Positions 49,453 through 59,828 of a stretch of 64,000 bases of DNA are shown here, in pieces. This DNA is from Candidatus Bathyarchaeia archaeon (GTDB lineage: Archaea > Thermoproteota > Bathyarchaeia > Bathyarchaeales > Bathycorpusculaceae). Numbering within the stretch: position 1 is the first letter of the stretch; every line of letters starts with the position of its first letter. A program made the position numbers and the translations under genes. The notes beneath the pieces are model-generated. The model did no database searches. It was not told the origin of the DNA and saw nothing but the letters and a program-made list of their open reading frames with translations. The stretch covers positions 92,644 through 156,643 of the forward strand of contig JAVYWL010000004.1 in the NCBI GenBank assembly GCA_038727135.1, in the 5' to 3' direction.

Positions 49453-50235
49453 CTAGGCGCCAAAACGCCTCTTCCGCTTCTGGAAAGTTCTAACAGCCCT
49501 TAAAAGGTCGATTAGGCGGAAGTCTGGCCAATAAACATCTAGAAAGCATAGCTCGCTGTAGGCGGACTGCCACAGCAGAAAACCGCTGAGTCTCTCTTCT
49601 CCAGACGTCCTTATAATAAGGTCTGGGTCTTGTTTCGGCAAGTGCGAAGTGTAAAGGTGCTGCTCAAAAAGTTTTTCATCGACTTCTTCCGGAACTAACT
49701 CTTTTTTCTGAACTTTTTCAGCGATTTTCTTTGCGGCATCCACTATTTCGGCTCTTCCGCCATAGGCGAAGGCTATGTTCAGAAAATGCTTATCATAATT
49801 TTGGGTGGCTTTCTCCACGTCGGCTATAATTTTCTGCAAATTCTCCGGAAGCAAATTCGTTCTGCCAATAACCTTAACCCGAACCTTGTTCTTGTGAATC
49901 CTTTCATCTGTCAAGATTTTTTGAAGCTTTTCAGAAGCGATGCGCATGATCTCCTCAACTTCTTTTCTCGGACGGCGGAAGTTTTCTGTTGAAAAAGCGT
50001 ACAATGTTATGGATTTAACATTAAGTTTTAAACACCATTCTAGGAGCTTCTCAACTTTTTCGGCTCCTTCCTTGTGACCATACCACGGGTCAAGATCCTT
50101 TTCTGAAGCCCACCGTCTATTCCCGTCCAAGATTACGGCGATGTGTTCCGGCTTAACGCCACTCTTAACTTGGTGCCAAAGCCACTTCTCATAAAGCTTG
50201 TAGGCGCCGATAGCCGAAAGTAACGACCTCAGCAT
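49453..50235 (-). CDS. uppS: cis-prenyltransferase (polyprenyl diphosphate synthase)
   Basis: HIAVILDGNRRWA, YAFSTENF.R, YGGR.EI, IRTSGE.RLSGFLLWQ. Confidence 0.96.
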   Translation of the reverse strand: MLRSLLSAIGAYKLYEKWLWHQVKSGVKPEHIAVILDGNRRWASEKDLDPWYGHKEGAEKVEKLLEWCLKLNVKSITLYAFSTENFRRPRKEVEEIMRIASEKLQKILTDERIHKNKVRVKVIGRTNLLPENLQKIIADVEKATQNYDKHFLNIAFAYGGRAEIVDAAKKIAEKVQKKELVPEEVDEKLFEQHLYTSHLPKQDPDLIIRTSGEERLSGFLLWQSAYSELCFLDVYWPDFRLIDLLRAVRTFQKRKRRFGA

Positions 50236-51033
50236 CTATTTGAGCCTCGCATTTTTAAGTGCGTCCACGCATGGGCAACTTTTCCGCTCAACTGGTAAAG
50301 CCTTAACTGTTTCAATTAAAAGTTGCTCTATTTTTGGCTGAACTTTCCGCGAGATGTCAAAAACCTCTTTTGGCGTTAAACGCTCCTGCAAGCCCGCAGC
50401 CATATTAGAAACAAAACAGACACACGCATAACAAATTTCAAGCTCCCGAGCAAGCACAGCTTCCGGCAAGCCAGTCATGCCAACAACGTCAAAGCCCAAG
50501 CGTCTAAACATCTCAATTTCAGCAGGAGTTTCAAAACGCGGTCCCTCAGTACAAACAAGAACCGCACTAGAACAAACAGTTAAACCAAGCTTTTCAGCAG
50601 TTTTAATAAGGGTCCCGCGAATTTCTGGACAGTAGGGTTGGGAGACATCAATGTGAGTGACTGGCGCTTCATCATAAAAAGTTGTTGGACGCGTCTTGGT
50701 AAAATCTGCAAAATCATGAGGAACAACGATGTCGCCAGGCTTTAAACTCTTGTTTATCGCGCCAACTGCGTTAACGGCTATTATCCTTTCCACGCCCACC
50801 TCATGTAGCGCATAAATGCTCGCTCTATAATTCACCTTATGCGGAGGAACCGAATGCTCAAGGCCATGCCTTGGAAGAAAAACTAGGTTTTTGCCGTCAA
50901 TTTCTCCAATAAATAACGGCGGAGGAACTCCATATGGAGTTCCAACAATAACCTTTTCAAAGTTTGCGAAAAGTTTCTCAAAACCTGTTCCGCCGATAAC
51001 CGCAATTTTAGCTTTCTTCTTTAAGCTCCTCAA
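50236..51033 (-). CDS. mtnP: Methylthioadenosine/methylthioinosine phosphorylase
   Basis: IGGTG, TPYG, LPRHG..H..PPH, EGPRFET.AE, VGMT..PE..LAREL, NMAAG. Confidence 0.9.
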   Translation of the reverse strand: MRSLKKKAKIAVIGGTGFEKLFANFEKVIVGTPYGVPPPLFIGEIDGKNLVFLPRHGLEHSVPPHKVNYRASIYALHEVGVERIIAVNAVGAINKSLKPGDIVVPHDFADFTKTRPTTFYDEAPVTHIDVSQPYCPEIRGTLIKTAEKLGLTVCSSAVLVCTEGPRFETPAEIEMFRRLGFDVVGMTGLPEAVLARELEICYACVCFVSNMAAGLQERLTPKEVFDISRKVQPKIEQLLIETVKALPVERKSCPCVDALKNARLK

Positions 51034-52195
51034 CTTTCTCTTCAGACTCCTTGAAAAATCCTTTTGCAGACCTGTGAATCACAACAATAATGAGCAGTGA
51101 GGCAACGCCTAATAAAATGCCAATAACAATTGTGAATATTAAAACTTCATAGCCAATTTTTGGGTTTATTAAAATGTTGGAGGCAGATTCAAGGATTTGC
51201 CTAGTCCACCCAACAAGGATTATTAGGGCTGCGTTGCGCAAAAGCCTCACGTCCCTTTCAAAGTACCAGCGGATAGCCCTTCCAGTTAATGCCACACAAA
51301 TTCCGATAATCACGAGGTCTTTTGAATCCATAATAAAGTAGCCCGCGATTTGCGGTGAAAAAATGTTCAACCAGTTGGACAAATCTATGCCAAGAGACGC
51401 TATTGCCTCAGAAGCCGAAGTATATCCTAGATAAAAGCCAATAGCCATACACAATATTCCTGCAAGCATGGCAAATGCGGAAATCTGCACTGGGAGAGGC
51501 GGCGGAGAATACTCCTTCACCCAAACATAGGCTTTCTTAAGCATCTTGTCAACTCCGAAGCCCTTAACGAACATGTATGTTCCCAGAACGATTATGAAAG
51601 CCACTAAGTAGTAGTGGACTAAACCGAATATGGCTAGGATGCCGAGGATTAGGAATAGGAGTCCTGGCAAACCCAGGGCTATGCGGGAGTACTTGGGGTT
51701 TTCCAAAATCATTTTGAAATATTTTGAGAATAGGGCTGCTGTTTCCTCTATGGATTCGCTGTGCTTAACAACTATTCTTCTCACGGACGAGACTGGCACC
51801 CTTGACTCTATTAGGGGTAATACTGCCTCGTCTGAATAGCCGTCCGTTACGAGAATGACCTCGTTTGCTGGGAAAACCTTCAGAACTTCACCTAATTCGG
51901 CAACGATTTTTCTGTCAGCGCTGACGCTTCCAAGCTCTGAACCAGACACTGTTGCGACTTCAAAGACTTCGTTTGGGTTGTTCTCGCTGAGGAGGCGGTC
52001 ATAAACGCGTATGGCTTCAAACATGGCGTTGGCGTCTGGCTCTTCAGGGTCTTTTAGAGCTAGGGAAACAGCGGCGTTGAGGGTTTTTTCCCTCCCAATT
52101 AGTGGTGTTTTTATTTCTGCTTTTGTCGTTAGGTCTCCGTCTCTATCAACACAAAGAATTAGAATTCTCTTTTGTGCCTGCTCCTGTTCAGTCAT
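51008..52195 (-). CDS. DUF373 family membrane protein
   Basis: LCVDRDGD, DPEE.DAN, VTDG.SDE, S.SIE.T; C-terminal TMs. Confidence 0.9.
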   Translation of the reverse strand: MTEQEQAQKRILILCVDRDGDLTTKAEIKTPLIGREKTLNAAVSLALKDPEEPDANAMFEAIRVYDRLLSENNPNEVFEVATVSGSELGSVSADRKIVAELGEVLKVFPANEVILVTDGYSDEAVLPLIESRVPVSSVRRIVVKHSESIEETAALFSKYFKMILENPKYSRIALGLPGLLFLILGILAIFGLVHYYLVAFIIVLGTYMFVKGFGVDKMLKKAYVWVKEYSPPPLPVQISAFAMLAGILCMAIGFYLGYTSASEAIASLGIDLSNWLNIFSPQIAGYFIMDSKDLVIIGICVALTGRAIRWYFERDVRLLRNAALIILVGWTRQILESASNILINPKIGYEVLIFTIVIGILLGVASLLIIVVIHRSAKGFFKESEEKVEELKEES

Positions 52196-52238
52196 CTGTT
52201 CTCTTCCAATTCAATATTCATGTGAAGTTACTTTAAGT

Positions 52239-53105
52239 TTATGCTAATCCTTTTTCGGCTAAAACTTTAAATTCTTCCCAAGTCAGCTTTTCGCCACGCC
52301 TCAGCTTTTCAAGGGCTTGCTTTTCTACGCTTTCTAAGAGCTTTTCTTCGGCTTCCTTTCGCTTTTTCTCCTCTTCAGCGGAAATTTCCTCTTTAAAACT
52401 CCTAATCTCATCCATGATTTTCGTTATTTCCGTTTGAAGGGCTTTCATCTTCTCCCTTGTTTGAAGGTAACACCTATGAAAATGGTCAGCCTCATCTTTG
52501 ATCTTCTTGGCTTCTTCAACTTTTTTCAACATTTCCGCGTGGATTTGTTGGCTTTTCTCTGCATTTTCCATAATGGTTTTGTGGCAAAGCTCAACTCTCG
52601 CTTGAAGTGCCTTAACTTCAGCCTTTAACTCAATTCTTTTCTGGTTTAGCTGCTCGATTTTCTTGTGGATGCTGATTTGGCTTTCCAACTCCTTAACCTG
52701 TTCAACTAATTTTTTCTCCTCTTTCAGGCTTAAGGGCGTGGTTTGAATTTTCCATTCGAGGCTTTCAACATCATTTTCTAAGGCTTTGAGGCTTCTTTTC
52801 GGCTTCTTTTTCGTGAGCGGCTCAAGTTCTCTCCTTAAACTTTTAAGCTCAGCGATTTTTTGGGCTATTTCCGCCTTGATTCGGCTTCTCTGCCTTTTTA
52901 ACTCCTTAACCTTCTCATTTATCTCGTCCCTTGTGTTTTTCAGTCTTAAAATTTCGCTGCGCAAGTTCTTTAACTCTTGGTTTAGCGTGTCTCTTTTTTC
53001 CGCATAATTCATGGCTTCGGCTTCTAGGGTGCTTCTCTGTCCTTTTAAAATGGAGAGTTTTTCGCTTAATTCCTTAATTTTTTGTGTTTTTTCGCCTTGT
53101 GGCAA
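52239..53105 (-). CDS. Archaeal coiled-coil protein (COG1340-like)
   Basis: Continuous heptads; LEWKIQT.PL...EEK; GEKLT.EE. Confidence 0.85.
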   Translation of the reverse strand: MPQGEKTQKIKELSEKLSILKGQRSTLEAEAMNYAEKRDTLNQELKNLRSEILRLKNTRDEINEKVKELKRQRSRIKAEIAQKIAELKSLRRELEPLTKKKPKRSLKALENDVESLEWKIQTTPLSLKEEKKLVEQVKELESQISIHKKIEQLNQKRIELKAEVKALQARVELCHKTIMENAEKSQQIHAEMLKKVEEAKKIKDEADHFHRCYLQTREKMKALQTEITKIMDEIRSFKEEISAEEEKKRKEAEEKLLESVEKQALEKLRRGEKLTWEEFKVLAEKGLA

Positions 53106-53880
53106 TAGGGTTTCTCCTTTTCTGCCTCATCCATTCGAGGATCTGTCGGATTAATTTTGTTCCCTCTTCTGAAGAGAATAGTGGTAAATTCCAGTTTTCA
53201 GTTATCTTCCAGCGGGTGACGCTCTGTTTTGCGGTTCTTTTTTGATAAGGCTTTTTGTGTATTAATATGCCTCTTCTCTGCCACTGGGGAGTTTTAGCCA
53301 AATTTATCCCATGCCTAAAGAGGAGTTCGTGGAGTTCCTCTGTTTTCATGCCCTTCAATTTTTTGGCTGTTTTTGATGGCTTGTAGCCCATTTTTCTTAA
53401 AAGCCAGTAGGCATAAGCATTATTGTGGTTTCTCCAAGCGTTTGTCTGCCTCCAAACCAAATACCCTAATATCTTTTCATCGTTGATGGTGACAATTATG
53501 CGGGAGTCGAAGGCTGCAACAACCCTTTTGCCGAAGAACTCTTGCAGTTGGTTGGAGAATGCCGCCGAAACAAGGCTTGGTATAACCGAGTCTATTTTTT
53601 CTATTCTGCCTTTGAATGGCGCCTCGCCATCAAAAAGTATGTTTAATTCGTCGCTGACAACATAAACCAGGGTTGGGCTAAACCCCTTTCCGAACAGGGC
53701 TTTGCCAGAATTAACAAGGCACTGTGCAAACCTTTCGTCGAAGGGTTTTTCTGCACCAATAGCCTCGGCGAGTTCTCGAAATTTCCATCCGTCAAGTCTT
53801 AGGAAAAAGGGTGTTTCCAGCGGAACGGTGGTTTTTGAGAAAATTTCGCTTTTAGACCAGCCTTTAAAACCTTCAGCCAT
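53074..53880 (-). CDS. tRNA(His) guanylyltransferase Thg1-like protein
   Basis: RLDG.KF, SDE, GRIEKIDS, FDSR, WRQ..AWRN, P.WQRRG. Confidence 0.92.
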   Translation of the reverse strand: MAEGFKGWSKSEIFSKTTVPLETPFFLRLDGWKFRELAEAIGAEKPFDERFAQCLVNSGKALFGKGFSPTLVYVVSDELNILFDGEAPFKGRIEKIDSVIPSLVSAAFSNQLQEFFGKRVVAAFDSRIIVTINDEKILGYLVWRQTNAWRNHNNAYAYWLLRKMGYKPSKTAKKLKGMKTEELHELLFRHGINLAKTPQWQRRGILIHKKPYQKRTAKQSVTRWKITENWNLPLFSSEEGTKLIRQILEWMRQKRRNPIATRRKNTKN

Positions 53881-53904
53881 CCCATTTAACCTTTGTAGGC
53901 GTTA

Positions 53905-54600
53905 TTATTCTAGGATTATTCTTGCATCCACTGTTTTTGCTCCTTTCTCATAAACCATTATTGGGTTTAAGTCTAGCTCCTTAATTTCTGGATGTTCTGA
54001 AACAAGCCTGGAAGTTTTTAGGAGAATCTGCACTATGGCGTTTATGTCTGCTGGTGGCATCCCCCTATAACCCTTCAATAGCGGATAAGCCTTAACCTCG
54101 CCAATCATTTCTCGGGCTTCTTCCTCTGTTATTGGCACAATTCTGAAAGTGACGTCTTTCAAAACTTCCACGAAGACTCCTCCAAGCCCAAACATCAAGG
54201 CGTGGCCAAACTGGGGGTCTTTTATAGCTCCAACAATGACTTCTGTTGATGGGGGCGCCATCTCCTGCACGAGCACGCCCAAAATTTTTGCATCTTTCTT
54301 GTGCGTTTTCACGTTTTCCATTATTTGTTTGTAGGCTTTTCGCACTTCCCCAGCATTTTTAAGGTTAAGCATAACCCCTCCAACGTCGGACTTATGAAGG
54401 ATGTCTGGCGAAACAATCTTTAAAACGACTGGATAACCTATTTCCTCTGCAAACTTGACGGCTTCAGCTTCGCTTTTTGCCAGTTTAAACTGGGTAACTG
54501 GAATGTCATACTCCACGCAGACGCTTTTGGCTTCCATCTCCAACAAGTGTTTCCTTCCAGCTTTGCGAACCTCTTCGAATATGCTTTTCACTTTGCTCAT
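53905..54600 (-). CDS. Acetate--CoA ligase (ADP-forming) beta subunit
   Basis: GYPVVLKIVSPDILHKSDVGGV, FGLGGVFVE...D, ELDLNP, VDAR. Confidence 0.93.
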   Translation of the reverse strand: MSKVKSIFEEVRKAGRKHLLEMEAKSVCVEYDIPVTQFKLAKSEAEAVKFAEEIGYPVVLKIVSPDILHKSDVGGVMLNLKNAGEVRKAYKQIMENVKTHKKDAKILGVLVQEMAPPSTEVIVGAIKDPQFGHALMFGLGGVFVEVLKDVTFRIVPITEEEAREMIGEVKAYPLLKGYRGMPPADINAIVQILLKTSRLVSEHPEIKELDLNPIMVYEKGAKTVDARIILE

Positions 54601-54659
54601 GCTGTCTCGCCCTTATGAATTGTACAGTTTAGTTGTTTTCCAAAATTAAATCCTTTGGT

Positions 54660-54791
54660 TCAACGTTTTCGCCATATGTTGTATGGACACTGGTTCCAAC
54701 AGTAACGGCTACCCTTATACTCACAGTTTTTACACTCCGGCATGTCAAAAAGTCTAGGCTTTCTGCTTCCGCCAGAATCACCTTCAGACAA
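54660..54791 (-). CDS. Unannotated 43-aa Cys-rich microprotein
   Basis: TTG start; MSEGDSGGSRKPRLFDMPECKNCEYKGSRYCWNQCPYNIWRKR; CxxC-x7-CxxxCP. Confidence 0.6.
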   Translation of the reverse strand: MSEGDSGGSRKPRLFDMPECKNCEYKGSRYCWNQCPYNIWRKR

Positions 54792-54833
54792 AGGTTTCTC
54801 CAAAAAACTATAGTTTTTGAAAGTTAAAAGTGT

Positions 54834-54911
54834 TGGTGGGGCTGCCCGGATTTGAACCGGGGTCCCGAGCGCCCGAGGCTCAGAGCCTAGACCAAGCTAG
54901 CCGACAGCCCC
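54834..54911 (-). tRNA. tRNA-Pro(CGG), no intron, CCA encoded
   Basis: GGGGCTG/CAGCCCC acceptor stem; anticodon arm TGAGC-CTCGGGC-GCTCG; T arm CCCGG-TTCAAAT-CCGGG; ends ACCA. Confidence 0.95.
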
Positions 54912-55019
54912 TTTGGTTTACGTTGCCACATTTTAGTTTTGTACAAGTTTAATAAAGGTGTTTTCTTAACCTTTAAACCCTTATCCGGGGCTATAACTAT
55001 CCAAGTGTTAGGGGGAGAT

Positions 55020-57224
55020 GTGAAAGGCTTGTCTAGTCAGCATCAGCGTCTGCGGGGAATCCGCGTTTTGAAGGCAGTTTCTTCAACTGTTAGGCTTAAC
55101 ATCCTAAGCGCTCTTTTTGACCGTGGTCCACTTTCCTATACTGAGCTTATGAGCCTTTTAAAAATGAATCCTAGCAGGGATGCTGGGCGCTTTGCCTATC
55201 ACCTCAAATTTTTGCTTAAGGCGGATTTGATTGAGGCTGATGTAGAGTCCAAAAAGTATCGCCTAACAGATTTGGGAAAGATGGTTATCGACGTGGCTGA
55301 GGAAATTGAGAAGCGAAGTTTAAGAGCCCAAAGAATCCTTGTGAGAACGTCCCGCTTCACCCTAGAAGAGTTCGATGCCACAAAAATTGCAAATTCTCTC
55401 ATTAAGGAGGCTGGAATGCCCCCAGAACTCGCCCAGAAAATAGCAAAAGAGGCTGAAAAACGCCTTTTAAAGGCTAGGACCCGCTATTTAACGGCTCCAC
55501 TGATAAGAGAGGTTGTTAACGGAATCCTCATTGAAAGGGGGCTGGAGGAGCACCGCCACAAACTCACCCGTCTTGGGCTTCCAGTGCATGACGTTTCAGC
55601 CTACCTTATGAGGAGCAAAGCCACCGTCGATGCGTCTTCTATCTGCGAAGATTTTGGGGGAAATGTCCTTGAAGAGTACACGCTTTTAAGTGTGCTACCA
55701 AGGGATATCGCGGACGCATATTTATCGGGTGAGCTTCACCTACACGGCTTAGGCTACTGGATATTAAAACCAAGCGAAATAATCCACGACCTAAGATTCT
55801 TTATGAAAAACGGCTTAAGCCCAAACCCCGCAAACATTTCTCAACCATCTATAAAGCCGCCGAAAAGTTTCGAATCCGCCCTAAGCCTAATCCTCAACGT
55901 TCTTCTGCAAGCATCAAAGGAGATCGAGGGAACACAAGTGCTTGAATACTTCAACATCTTTTTTGCTCCTTTTTTGAAAAGCTTGGAAAAAGCTGCAGTC
56001 AAAGAGGCTTTGAGGCTCTTCGTCATCAGCATCGCCCACCACGTTGACGCCTCCATAAATCTCGAGTTGACAATTCCAGAGTTTTTGGTGGATAAGCCCG
56101 CCATAGGCTCGGCAGATGGCTGTTATGGCGACTATATTAGCGAAAGCCAGCTTTTAGCCTCTCTGGTACTTGAAGTTTATGAGGAGGAAAGCGCTGAAAA
56201 GCCGCTTCTAAACCCAAAACTCATAGTTAAAATTCGCCCGGAAACTTTCAGTGACAGCGTGGCGGCTGACATTCTGTTAAGGGCACATCGCCTAGCCTCA
56301 GAGAGGGGCATCCCATACTTCGCAAACCTTTCCGGCAAAAATGGACAATACACGGTTTTCTCCCCTTCAGGAAGCGTTCTCAAAGCAGATTTCAAAGAAG
56401 ACTGGGAACTTGATACACTGCGCACAGGCGTTTTGGGAATCGCAACCGTTAACTTGCCCAGAATAGTCCTCGAATGCGGCAAAGACGAAAGAAAACTTTT
56501 CACGCTTTTAAGAGAGAGACTTGAAATGGCAGCACGAGCCCTAGAAATAAAGAACAGAGCCCTAAAACAGCGAGGAAGAAACTTTCTTCCCTTTTTGACA
56601 CAATCAGCCAACGGCGACCAATACTTCAGAGTCGAAAATGCTGCACGCTTAATAAATATGGTTGGACTGAAAGAGGCTTCAGAAACCCCAAGCGGAAAAA
56701 GCTTATACGAAGACGAGAAAGCCCAAAGGTTCGCATCCGAAATCATAAAAAACGTTTTAGAATTCATGCCAAAAAGTGGAAAACGCGAAAGAAGACTTCT
56801 TCCATCCGCTTTGCCGTGCGCCGACGCCTCAGAAAGGTTGGCAAAACAAGACATTGAAAGATTCGGCATTGCAAAGGTTCGCTTCCAAGGAACAAGGGAA
56901 AAACCCCACTACTCATCATACAGTCGAATAAACCTCCAAAACTGGGAGACGCAATCAAAAATTTTAGCTATTGAAAAAAGACTTTATGAGCCGCTCGTTG
57001 GCGGAAACCCAACAGTCATGGAGCTTGGAAACGCTGAATACACGCCAGAAATGCTTCTCTCATTCACGAAAAAGCTTATTGAAGACTACAGACTAGAGTT
57101 TTTCACGTACAACCGCGACCTAACCCACTGCAGCCAGTGCCGCAAAAGCTGGTTTGGAAAGCTTCAAAAATGTCCCATCTGTGGTTCTGTAGGCACGTTA
57201 GTTGTGTTCACACGTTACCAATAG
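55020..57224 (+). CDS. ArsR-type winged helix + ATP cone + catalytically degenerate class III ribonucleotide reductase (NrdD-like)
   Basis: wHTH (RLNILSAL...GRFAYHLKFL...YRLTDLG), ATP cone (FDATKIANSL...IREVV), NrdD core (DWELDTLRTG, VNLPRI) and Zn ribbon; start likely GTG 55020. Confidence 0.85.
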   Translation: MKGLSSQHQRLRGIRVLKAVSSTVRLNILSALFDRGPLSYTELMSLLKMNPSRDAGRFAYHLKFLLKADLIEADVESKKYRLTDLGKMVIDVAEEIEKRSLRAQRILVRTSRFTLEEFDATKIANSLIKEAGMPPELAQKIAKEAEKRLLKARTRYLTAPLIREVVNGILIERGLEEHRHKLTRLGLPVHDVSAYLMRSKATVDASSICEDFGGNVLEEYTLLSVLPRDIADAYLSGELHLHGLGYWILKPSEIIHDLRFFMKNGLSPNPANISQPSIKPPKSFESALSLILNVLLQASKEIEGTQVLEYFNIFFAPFLKSLEKAAVKEALRLFVISIAHHVDASINLELTIPEFLVDKPAIGSADGCYGDYISESQLLASLVLEVYEEESAEKPLLNPKLIVKIRPETFSDSVAADILLRAHRLASERGIPYFANLSGKNGQYTVFSPSGSVLKADFKEDWELDTLRTGVLGIATVNLPRIVLECGKDERKLFTLLRERLEMAARALEIKNRALKQRGRNFLPFLTQSANGDQYFRVENAARLINMVGLKEASETPSGKSLYEDEKAQRFASEIIKNVLEFMPKSGKRERRLLPSALPCADASERLAKQDIERFGIAKVRFQGTREKPHYSSYSRINLQNWETQSKILAIEKRLYEPLVGGNPTVMELGNAEYTPEMLLSFTKKLIEDYRLEFFTYNRDLTHCSQCRKSWFGKLQKCPICGSVGTLVVFTRYQ

Positions 57225-57235
57225 GTCCTACAGGC

Positions 57236-58168
<933 letters not shown>

Positions 58169-58223
58169 TTAGACAAGCAACGGGTTCTGCTTAAATAACT
58201 TTTTATTCACATTTCGCGAGGCA

Positions 58224-58276
58224 GAAAACTAGAGGGGGGCTATCAATTTAGCGGTTCACACGCTGTTAAAATTGAC
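58224..58276. repeat. Dispersed ~55-bp element, copy 2 (pyrB/pyrI divergent spacer)
   Basis: GAAAACTAGAGGGGGGCTATCAATTTAGCGG...CTGTTAAAATTGAC; imperfect hairpin. Confidence 0.6.
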
Positions 58277-58348
58277 CGAGAAACGCTAATCGATTAAAAC
58301 CTTTTATTCCTGCGCCGACAATACCGTTCTAAAAGGTGGATAAGCCTC

Positions 58349-58819
58349 ATGAGCGAAAGCGAAACAATGCTTTATGTCTCAAAAATTAAGGATGGAACCG
58401 TTATAGACCACATAACTGGCGGACACGCCTTAGACGTCATCAAGATTTTGGGGATAACTGGCAAGGAAAAGCGCATAATTACCATAGCCATCAACGTTCC
58501 AAGCAAACGGTTTAAGGTTAAAGACATCGTCAAAATTGAGGGTAGAGAACTAAAACCAGAAGAAGTTCATAAAATTGCCCTCTTGGCGCCCCATGCAACC
58601 ATAAACATCATAAGAAACTATAATGTTGTCGAAAAACAGCGAGTTAAGCTTCCAAGCGTTATTGAGGGCATTGTTAAATGTGCAAACCCCGCCTGTATAA
58701 GCAACAGCAACGAGCCAGTTCAATCCAAATTTTATGTTAAAAGTGAGGAACCCCTAATCTTGAAATGCCACTACTGCGGCTATATCATGGAGAAAAGCGA
58801 TGTCTTGAAGCAGTTTTAG
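58349..58819 (+). CDS. pyrI: Aspartate carbamoyltransferase regulatory subunit
   Basis: I.DGTVIDHI, KDIVKIE, APHATINII, CANPACISN, CHYC. Confidence 0.97.
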   Translation: MSESETMLYVSKIKDGTVIDHITGGHALDVIKILGITGKEKRIITIAINVPSKRFKVKDIVKIEGRELKPEEVHKIALLAPHATINIIRNYNVVEKQRVKLPSVIEGIVKCANPACISNSNEPVQSKFYVKSEEPLILKCHYCGYIMEKSDVLKQF

Positions 58820-58885
58820 CCTTCTAGACGATATTCGGTTTTTGAGATAATGCTTATATCGTAAGATGTGATATTTCGAAATTAG

Positions 58886-58907
58886 ATATGTCAATAAAAA
58901 GACATAT
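58886..58907. promoter_or_regulatory. Inverted repeat, candidate operator
   Basis: ATATGTC-AATAAAAA-GACATAT perfect 7-bp arms upstream of the 58946 gene. Confidence 0.4.
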
Positions 58908-58945
58908 TGAATATACGTCGAACACAAATACACATGGTGGAGAAA

Positions 58946-59254
58946 ATGATTGAAATATTAGCCATAACATTATGGATAAGCCTTGCATCATACGCAACAT
59001 GGTACTTCACATCAGCAAAACATTATGCACCACTAACACCAAGTGAGGCTAGGCTCCTTTGGAAAATCCACAAGCAAACAGCTAGATGCGACTCAAAGAG
59101 GTGGCGTGAAATCCGCCGCGGCAGAAAAATCGTGGGTTTTGCCTGTGAGTGTGGATTTAAGTATTTGCAAAAGCGCCCAATAGTAGCAAGTACGCCCCAA
59201 CCAGTTGTAACGCAGTCCACGACAGCAATTTATCAAAAACTACATAAGGCATAA
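58946..59254 (+). CDS. Small membrane-anchored protein with putative Zn site
   Basis: N-terminal TM; W..H....C...GF.CECG. Confidence 0.7.
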   Translation: MIEILAITLWISLASYATWYFTSAKHYAPLTPSEARLLWKIHKQTARCDSKRWREIRRGRKIVGFACECGFKYLQKRPIVASTPQPVVTQSTTAIYQKLHKA

Positions 59255-59385
59255 ATTAAAATAGAACCGCCGCTTCTGAACCCTTTTCTGGTGTGCTTTT
59301 CCATTTTCCTTGTAACCTTTTCAAAGTTTTGAATTTGTTAAAGCATTTATATATGGAAGCCTAACTTTCAAATTTAGGGCTGAAA

Positions 59386-59697
59386 ATGAAGGAAAAGTTT
59401 GAAAAATTTTGTTTAGACTTTTTGATGAGAAGGCTTCTGAGAAGCATCCCGTTTTCAAGTTGCAAAGATAGCTGAGGAAGTCGGAGAAGCGATAAACTTG
59501 GTTTTTAAGTTGGGGGCTTTAAAAGGGAAAGCTACGGTGTTGAAGAGGTTAGGAGGAGACTTGGCGATGAGTTGGCGGATGTTGTTGTAACCGTTTATGT
59601 TTGCGCCAGAACATGTGAAGTTGATTTGTGGGAGGCCTTAGAAAGAAAATTAGATATGAAAATAGAAAGATGGCAAGGATTCAAAGTCAGCACCTAA
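59386..59697 (+). pseudogene. MazG-like nucleotide pyrophosphohydrolase, three frameshifts (pseudogene or sequencing error)
   Basis: Joined frames give KIAEEVGEA...LGDELADVV...VDLWEALERKL; breaks fall in T and G homopolymer runs. Confidence 0.75.
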
Positions 59698-59828
59698 ATA
59701 ATATTTGTTTTTGTCTGGAAGCTGGCAATGTATTTTGTCTTTTGCCGCTGTTTAGCCTGTGTGTCTTTTTCTGTCTGCGCGGTTCTTTTTCCGTTTAAGC
59801 CTTAGGTGTTTTCGAATGGGTTGCCTCA

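Noticed and set aside
54939-55019. N-terminal extension of the wHTH-NrdD-like ORF
   Set aside because: Runs through the divergent promoter region; a GGGGGAG SD precedes GTG 55020
58224-58276. Replication origin (ORB) interpretation of the G-string repeat
   Set aside because: Lacks the TCCA..GGAAAC core, copies are 47 kb apart, and no orc1/cdc6 is adjacent
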